Below, in pieces: positions 37,088-42,696 of a DNA stretch of 42,696 nucleotides (within the stretch, counting starts at the first letter, position 1; every line of letters begins with the position of its first letter). The DNA lies in assembly GCA_037446635.1 (NCBI GenBank), contig JBBIIG010000001.1, positions 1 through 42,696 of the forward strand. The letters run 5' to 3'. The notes beneath the pieces are model-generated. The model did not search any database and was not told where the DNA came from. It was given only the letters and a program-made list of their open reading frames with translations. Made by a program: the position numbers and the translations under genes. Origin of the DNA: a bacterium. GTDB taxonomy: Bacteria; Zhuqueibacterota; Zhuqueibacteria; Oceanimicrobiales; Oceanimicrobiaceae.

Positions 37088-38389
37088 TCACTGCGGCGGT
37101 GGCGGCGGCTCCTGCAATTCTCCAAAGTCCGCGCCGGACTGAACGGCTTCTTCGCCGGCTTTGCGGCTGTCCTGCCCGGGCAAGAAGTTCGAGCCGATGC
37201 TGTTGCTGAGATTGTTGAGCCGGCTGTTTACCAAATTCTGGGACTCGGCTGCGGATTCCGGCTGCTCGACGGCCGCTAATTGATCCAGCACTTCGGCGTG
37301 CGTGCCGCCTGCTTGCAGAAAACTTTGAGTTGCTTCAGATTTGATCTGCGCGGGACGAAATGCCGGGTCGAGCTTAAAGGCTTCCTGATAAGCTTTGGCC
37401 GCGCTGGGGAAATTGCCGCGATCTTCCTGTTCGAGGCCGCGGCAGTAGGCGAAAAACGCCTGCAAATTTTGAGTTGGAATGCGCTGGATGCGATCGCGCT
37501 CTTCCGGAGTAATTTCAATTTCCATTTCTTCGAGAACATTGAAGACGATCGCTTTTTGCAATCGAAACAAATTATTCAAAGCGTCGCGCTGGCTCACCGC
37601 ATCCGGATAAGTTTGATTGATCACGTCCCACGACAGCACGTCCACCTGCAGTTGATTTCCCGGCAGCACATCAAAAGAGCCGGCAAGGATGCGGCCGGCA
37701 CTCAGCAGCTTTCCGAAACGCGGTGCGGACTCGCGGTCGAACAGCACGCCCTGCGTGCGCTGCATTTCGTCGATGAGGGTTTGCAGGCGCAGCCGTTCGA
37801 GCAACGTCAACTCGCGCACTTGCCCGAGATCAATGGTGATCATTTCCGCGAGTCCTTTTCCCAACGCCTGATAACGCTGCTCCTTGCCGGTATAATTGAA
37901 AGGAAAGACCGCGAGGGTTTTCGGCGCCAGCCGTTCGAGGGTGAGCTGCTGTTCATTTTGAATGAGCGACATGATCTCCCGCTTCACCAACTGGCGGGTC
38001 AATTTGACGTAACGGCCTTCCATCAAGCGGCGGTAGGGCGAGAGGCGGGTGACCTCCGGAAATTTTTCATACATCGTTAGCGCATCTCTGACGTGGTTTT
38101 GGAATTCGTGAGTCAGGCCGAGGTAAAATCTGGTTTTGGGATCGTCGGGTTTTTGGGCGAAAGCTTTTTGCAAATGGCTTTGCGCCGCTGGGTGTTGCGC
38201 GGTTTGAAAATAAATCACCCCCAACTCGCGCCGCGCATCGAAGTTATTGGGGTCAGTTTTGAGTTTGGCCTCCAGCCGCGCGATATCGTCCTGATAACGA
38301 CTTATGTCTTGTTGGTATTTCACGGTGGCGCACGAGAGCAGTAAGCCAACCAGCGCCCCCGCCGCTGAGAACGGCAAAGTCTTTTGCAT
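37088..38389 (-). CDS. Lipoprotein with TPR repeats and a CsgG/HfaB/FlgO-like domain
   Basis: Lipobox LLSC and TPR ARRELGVIYF...TRFYLGL. The domain reads TLAVFPF...LGKGLAEMITIDL...LLERLRLQTLIDEM...APRFGKLLSAGRILAGSF. Confidence 0.8.
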   Translation of the reverse strand: MQKTLPFSAAGALVGLLLSCATVKYQQDISRYQDDIARLEAKLKTDPNNFDARRELGVIYFQTAQHPAAQSHLQKAFAQKPDDPKTRFYLGLTHEFQNHVRDALTMYEKFPEVTRLSPYRRLMEGRYVKLTRQLVKREIMSLIQNEQQLTLERLAPKTLAVFPFNYTGKEQRYQALGKGLAEMITIDLGQVRELTLLERLRLQTLIDEMQRTQGVLFDRESAPRFGKLLSAGRILAGSFDVLPGNQLQVDVLSWDVINQTYPDAVSQRDALNNLFRLQKAIVFNVLEEMEIEITPEERDRIQRIPTQNLQAFFAYCRGLEQEDRGNFPSAAKAYQEAFKLDPAFRPAQIKSEATQSFLQAGGTHAEVLDQLAAVEQPESAAESQNLVNSRLNNLSNSIGSNFLPGQDSRKAGEEAVQSGADFGELQEPPPPPQ

Positions 38390-38454
38390 GATTATCTCCG
38401 ATAGTGTGATCGAAAAGTTTAGATGTAAAGTCTGAAATCGCGATTATTACACGG

Positions 38455-38540
38455 TGGAGCCATGGATTAAGGGATTGCTGGATTTACCGGATCAATGTAT
38501 TCCTTATCAACAATTCATCAATCCAGAACTCCATTACTCC
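38455..38540. repeat. Octamer tandem repeat element with an inverted arm
   Basis: tggagcca tggattaa gggattgc tggattta ... caattcat caatccag aactccat tactcc. The reverse complement GGAGTAATGGAG matches 1875-1886. Confidence 0.7.
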
Positions 38541-38616
38541 TCGTCTATAACAAACAGAGATTTCATTTTTATAGAACTTGCTCCCCTGAAGAATTCGTGA
38601 ATTATTCAGGGTTAAT

Positions 38617-39750
38617 TTAGCTCGCCAATTTTTCCAATTCCGAAATGGACAACCGTTCCCCAGGCAACTGGGAGAGCCGCTCTTTAGCAAGGGTGAAATT
38701 CGGGTCGGAATTCAGCGCTGATTGATAGTACGATTGCGCCTCCGAAAAAAGCTGCCGGTCTTCAGAATCGAGTCCTTTGCAAAACGCGATAAACGCCAAG
38801 CTGTTAAACGTGGGCAGCGTTTGAATGGCGCTCGCTTCACTGGGGGCGAGTCTTATTCCCAGGTCCTGGATTAAGTCCATCACCAATTGTTTTTCCAATT
38901 TCAGGATATCGGAAAAGCTGCCGCTGGCTTCCGAGCCGCTCCCGCGCAGTTGGCCGGTGGCGGTTTCCACTACCCCGCCGCTTAAGCGGATTTTGGTGTC
39001 GTCAATTCGTTCGACGCCGCCGGAGATTAGGTGTTGGACTCCCAAAAGCCGGCCGGCATCCGCAGCGCGAATTTGATCAAAAAAATCAGCCGGCGAAAAC
39101 TGAAGTTCTTCTAACAAAAGCTGTACCTTGATGCGATCGCTCAACCGCAGATTTTTGACCTTCAGCAAATCAAGGGTGATCAACTCGGCCAGTCCTTTCA
39201 AAATCGGATCCATCTCCCGCCACTCCGAGACGTTGCGAAAGTAGAGCACCGCTACGCTGTTGGGCGTGATGGGAGATTCTTTTCCCGCTCGCCAATCCGC
39301 GATGTTCTGTTTGATTTCCTGCGTCAGCAATTTGATTTGATTGTCCCGCATCCGCGCCAGCAATTCCTTTCTGAGGGCGCTTTCGATGTTCAACGAAAGC
39401 AGGGTGCGAAAGGTGGTGTTGGCGTCTTCCAATTTGCCGGCGGCTTCGTAACTCAACCCTAAATAAAGCAGGGTAGGGAGGTCGTCCAATTTCAATTGCC
39501 GGGCCTGATATAATTTGGTAATGGCAAAATTGAGCTGCTGGTTTTTGTAATAGGCCACTCCCAACGCGCGCTTAATTTTCCAATCGTAGGGATGTTTGCC
39601 CTCCGCGACACGCAGTTGCAAAATCGCGGAGTTGTAATCGCCCTTTCGCATCAACTCCTGTCCCTTTTTGAAGCTGTTGCCGCCGCAGGCTGCGAGCACC
39701 AACCAGAGTGAAAGCAGAGTTAATTCAAAACTTCGGTGTTGGATTTTCAT
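38617..39750 (-). CDS. Lipoprotein with TPR repeats and a CsgG/HfaB/FlgO-like domain (paralogue)
   Basis: Start MKIQHR, lipobox LAAC and TPR RALGVAYY...LLYLGLSY. The domain reads SVAVLYF...KGLAELITLDL...DRIKVQLLLEEL...AGRLLGVQHLISGGV. Confidence 0.8.
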   Translation of the reverse strand: MKIQHRSFELTLLSLWLVLAACGGNSFKKGQELMRKGDYNSAILQLRVAEGKHPYDWKIKRALGVAYYKNQQLNFAITKLYQARQLKLDDLPTLLYLGLSYEAAGKLEDANTTFRTLLSLNIESALRKELLARMRDNQIKLLTQEIKQNIADWRAGKESPITPNSVAVLYFRNVSEWREMDPILKGLAELITLDLLKVKNLRLSDRIKVQLLLEELQFSPADFFDQIRAADAGRLLGVQHLISGGVERIDDTKIRLSGGVVETATGQLRGSGSEASGSFSDILKLEKQLVMDLIQDLGIRLAPSEASAIQTLPTFNSLAFIAFCKGLDSEDRQLFSEAQSYYQSALNSDPNFTLAKERLSQLPGERLSISELEKLAS

Positions 39751-39788
39751 GAATAACGTTTGAAAATGGGAGAGGCGAGAAGGGCAGA

Positions 39789-39838
39789 CCCCCTCCCAGC
39801 CTCCCCCAAATTCCCAAAAGCGGAATTTTGGGGAGGAG
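39789..39838. repeat. C-rich/G-rich hairpin element (CCCCCTCCCAGCCTCCCCC...GGGGAGG)
   Basis: CCTCCCCCAAATTCC (39800-39814) pairs with GGAATTTTGGGGAGG (39822-39836) with one mismatch, immediately after the upstream gene's stop. Confidence 0.6.
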
Positions 39839-39841
39839 AAT

Positions 39842-40873
39842 TTAGTTAACCGCAAATTTGTTCAACGCTAGAGGACGCACCACCGCCAGCATGTCCTGCG
39901 CCTTCGGGAAATCCGGGGCGATTTTCAGCGCTTCTTCTAATTTGGTGAGGGCCAATTTGTACTCCTCCTGATTGGCCAGCGCCATGGCGTCGCCTAACAG
40001 CGCAATCGCTTCAATGGGGACGTCCTCTTTGCCGATCTTTTCTAATTTATTGCGCTCAGCTTTCTCGATGGCCACGTCGAGATTTTTGGTGATTTCCAGC
40101 GTGAGCTTTTTCGCCAGCTCGAAGACGTTGTCCGGTTTTCCTTCCACCGAGGCGGTTTTGAAAATTTCGCCGGTCTCGGTTTTGACGAGCCGAACATCAA
40201 TTCGGAAAGTTTTACCAAAACGGATGAAGCTGCCGAAGACGAAAGAGTGCGCACCCAGCAGCTTGCCGACGCGCGGCGCCAGGGCCGGATCCATGATATT
40301 TTTACCGCCGACTTTTTTGTCGGTCAATTCCAACTCGGAGATCAGATACTGCAAGCGTTCCCGTTCCACGATGCGCAGGTTGCTGAGCACGCCAAAATCG
40401 GAAATCAGAATTTTGGAAAGGGCGTTGCCCAGGTTGGCATATTTTTCGGCGTCGTCGATGGAGTTGTTTTCAAAGTCCATGAAGGCGATGGTTTGAATGC
40501 CCGGCCCGGCCGGCACCTCCAGCGAGCCCCGGACGCTTTGGACGGTTTTGTAGTAGCTGGCCATCAAGCGCTGGTGGGGCCACCAGTTGTCGCTGGGCCG
40601 GTAGTCGGCGTTTTTTTTCAGAACCTGCGTGAAGATTTCCTCCGCGGCCGCCTGCTGATTGGTGGAGACGTAAGCCACCGCCAAATATTCGTTGGCTTCG
40701 ACGTAGTCCTTCGGCGAAAGAGTGCGGGTCGTCACCAGACGCTGCAAAATATCAATGGACTTTTGAATTTCCCCTTCATTGAATAATTTTTTCGCTTCCT
40801 GCAATTCGACGTTTTGCGCCGGCGCGGCCGCCGCCAGCGTTATCATGAGCAATCCCAAAATGATCTGTTTCAT
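39842..40873 (-). CDS. Exported TPR and CsgG/HfaB/FlgO-like domain protein (third paralogue)
   Basis: Signal peptide MKQIIL...APA-Q with an AGGAG RBS. The domain reads TIAFMDFENNS...LRIVERERLQYLISELEL...APRVGKLLGAHSFVFGSF...RIDVRLVKTETGEI. Confidence 0.82.
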   Translation of the reverse strand: MKQIILGLLMITLAAAAPAQNVELQEAKKLFNEGEIQKSIDILQRLVTTRTLSPKDYVEANEYLAVAYVSTNQQAAAEEIFTQVLKKNADYRPSDNWWPHQRLMASYYKTVQSVRGSLEVPAGPGIQTIAFMDFENNSIDDAEKYANLGNALSKILISDFGVLSNLRIVERERLQYLISELELTDKKVGGKNIMDPALAPRVGKLLGAHSFVFGSFIRFGKTFRIDVRLVKTETGEIFKTASVEGKPDNVFELAKKLTLEITKNLDVAIEKAERNKLEKIGKEDVPIEAIALLGDAMALANQEEYKLALTKLEEALKIAPDFPKAQDMLAVVRPLALNKFAVN

Positions 40874-40889
40874 AAAACAACTCCTGCTT

Positions 40890-42696
40890 TTATAGTTTTT
40901 CAAAAACGAACTGGAGCTTTCTCTTTTCACCGGGCTGCAGCGTCACTTCCTGCGGGCCATTTTTAAGCAAGTGGGGCAGCATTCGGGCGTTGATGGTATG
41001 AACCCCGCTTTTGAGCTGCAGGGGAAGCGGAGCCTGCCCCACGGCTTTTCCGTCAACAAAGATTTCTGCAGCGATTGGGGTCTGGTTGCCATTTTCGACC
41101 AAAACCGCCGTGACCGTCAACGTCGCCGGCTGGTCCGTTTTAGGCGGCTCGCGAGCGGGCGGCTCTTTTTTTGTTTCGGAAGTCGTTTGGCGCGGCGGCT
41201 TTTTAGTTGGTGGAGATTCCGTTACTTGAGCCGCGGCTGGCGCCAGTACGAGATCAACCATTTCGTTGCTGCCCTCAGTTAGATGGATTATCTTCTCCGC
41301 CGATTGGAATCCTTCTTTGTTTAATAAGACCCGGTATTCGGCAATTTCCAAATCACGGAAATCCGCTGGCGTGGTTTGTTCGACTTCTTTGTCGTTAATT
41401 ACAATCTTTGCTCCCGCAGGTTGACTTTTTATGGAGAGGTTTCCGGTTCGAGGTTTCAGCGCCGCGAGTTCAATTATTTTTGAAAGGGTGTCGCCGCTGC
41501 TCAGATTGAATGACGCCGAGACCGTTTCGTAGCCGGCGTGAGTGAGGATAAGTCTATGCTGGCCGGATTTTAACGGACCCAACAGAGCGGGCGTGGTTTG
41601 CGCGGCGGGTTGATCGTCCAGAGTGATGGCAGCGCCGGGGGGATTGGAATCAATTTTTAGAAAACCATATTTCGGTTTAAGTTGGTTGAAGCCGAACCAA
41701 CTTGCAACCGCCAGCGCTAAAATCGCAGCCGCCGCAACCAAAAATTTTGCTGAGGATTTTTTCGGCGCAGCGTGCGAGACCAATCTTGTTTTGGTTGCCG
41801 GATGCTTTTGCGGCTCGGCCACGCTGGTTTTTGTGGCCGCGCCAGTTGACGGCGGGGTAAAGGTGGGAGCGGTTTCCAGCAGGACGGTCTCGTCGCCGGC
41901 GGCGGCGCCGGCGAGCAGTTGCGTCCGCACCTCGCTCAATTCTTTGAGCATGTCATTCATGCTGTCGTAACGCAGCTCCGGCTCTTTGCTCAACGCTTTG
42001 GTGATGATCTGGCTCAATGACGCGGGCGCCCTCGGGTTCAGCTGGGTCACCAGCACCGGTGCGGCGTTGACGATATTATAAAGGACGGCCATTTCGTGCT
42101 CGCCCTTAAACGGCAATTCGCCGGTGACCATCTCATACAAAATCACGCCCAGCGCCCAGATGTCGGTGCGGTGATCAACCGCCTGTCCTTTAACTTGTTC
42201 CGGCGACATATAACCGGGGGTGCCCATAGTAGTGCCGGTTTTCGTGAGCTTGGTGCCGCCGCTCAATTTCGCCAGCCCGAAGTCCACAATTTTCACAAAG
42301 CCGTCGTTGGTGATCATGATGTTGGCGGGTTTGATGTCGCGATGGACGATGCCCCGCTGGTGAGTTTTGGAAAGTCCGCCGGCGACCTGCATGGCAATTT
42401 CAACAGCCTCGAGGAGATCGATGCCCGCGTCGATTTTGCTTTTGAGATTGATGCCGTCGTAATAGGCCATGGCAATAAACAGGCTGCCGTCTTCGGTTTC
42501 ATCAATTTCGTAAATGGTGCCAATGCGCGGGTGGTCAAGCGCCGATGCGGCCTGCGCTTCGTGCATGAAACGTTCTTTGATGTCGGGATCGCGGGTTAAC
42601 TCGGTGGGAAGAAACTTGAGGGCGACGGTGCGCCGGAGTTTCAAATCTTCGGCTTTGTAGACAATGCCCATTCCGCCGCCGCCCAAAAATTCCGTT
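40890..42696 (-). CDS. Hanks-type Ser/Thr protein kinase with a TM helix and PEGA domains, 5' end outside the window
   Basis: LGGGGMGIVYKA, VALKFL, HRDIKPAN, DFGLAK, GTPGYMSPEQ and DIWALGV. The TM segment is FLVAAAAILALAVASWF. PEGA repeats include GFLKIDSNPPGAAITLD and GNLSIKSQPAGAKIVIN. The frame stays open to the window edge. Confidence 0.95.
   Translation of the reverse strand, partial: TEFLGGGGMGIVYKAEDLKLRRTVALKFLPTELTRDPDIKERFMHEAQAASALDHPRIGTIYEIDETEDGSLFIAMAYYDGINLKSKIDAGIDLLEAVEIAMQVAGGLSKTHQRGIVHRDIKPANIMITNDGFVKIVDFGLAKLSGGTKLTKTGTTMGTPGYMSPEQVKGQAVDHRTDIWALGVILYEMVTGELPFKGEHEMAVLYNIVNAAPVLVTQLNPRAPASLSQIITKALSKEPELRYDSMNDMLKELSEVRTQLLAGAAAGDETVLLETAPTFTPPSTGAATKTSVAEPQKHPATKTRLVSHAAPKKSSAKFLVAAAAILALAVASWFGFNQLKPKYGFLKIDSNPPGAAITLDDQPAAQTTPALLGPLKSGQHRLILTHAGYETVSASFNLSSGDTLSKIIELAALKPRTGNLSIKSQPAGAKIVINDKEVEQTTPADFRDLEIAEYRVLLNKEGFQSAEKIIHLTEGSNEMVDLVLAPAAAQVTESPPTKKPPRQTTSETKKEPPAREPPKTDQPATLTVTAVLVENGNQTPIAAEIFVDGKAVGQAPLPLQLKSGVHTINARMLPHLLKNGPQEVTLQPGEKRKLQFVFEKL

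Noticed and set aside
37088..40873. Curli secretion operon (csgG)
   Set aside because: There are no curlin-repeat subunits or csgE/F, and the domains are fused to TPRs, so the gene symbol is withheld.

Overview
Bacterial genomic DNA, probably from an FCB-group lineage such as KSB1 or Calditrichota. This is inferred from two secreted proteins ending in a 'QN(Y/F)PNPFNP..TTI' FlgD-Ig/T9SS-type sorting domain. The left 8.3 kb holds ordinary genes: Hsp20 with a sigma-54-type promoter, an orphan TRAP substrate-binding protein, an NnrS-like membrane protein, a Cys-motif hypothetical protein, an S9 peptidase and a divergent molybdopterin oxidoreductase. From the right edge down to 8448, about 34 kb of genes lie on the minus strand. 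The first part is a surface/signalling block: two Hanks-type Ser/Thr kinases with PEGA domains, three TPR-CsgG/FlgO-like paralogues, outer-membrane barrels and large secreted propeller/LRR proteins. It runs directly into a complete-looking trans-envelope redox chain: an octaheme SH3-c554-c3 lipoprotein, a beta-barrel, a decaheme-LVIVD protein, a tandem cNMP-domain/4x[4Fe-4S] protein, a four-His membrane protein and a membrane-anchored decaheme cytochrome. The run ends with a double-FHA protein, a TrxB-fold flavoprotein fused to two FHA domains and a 2Fe-2S ferredoxin, and a PP2C phosphatase. The best candidate for an undescribed system is this phospho-Thr-gated electron conduit with 28 heme-c motifs. 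Two AT-rich, decaying small-gene inserts interrupt the cluster. Several REP-like repeat families occur in the spacers, and one lies in frame inside a gene. No rRNA, tRNA, CRISPR array or transposase was seen.
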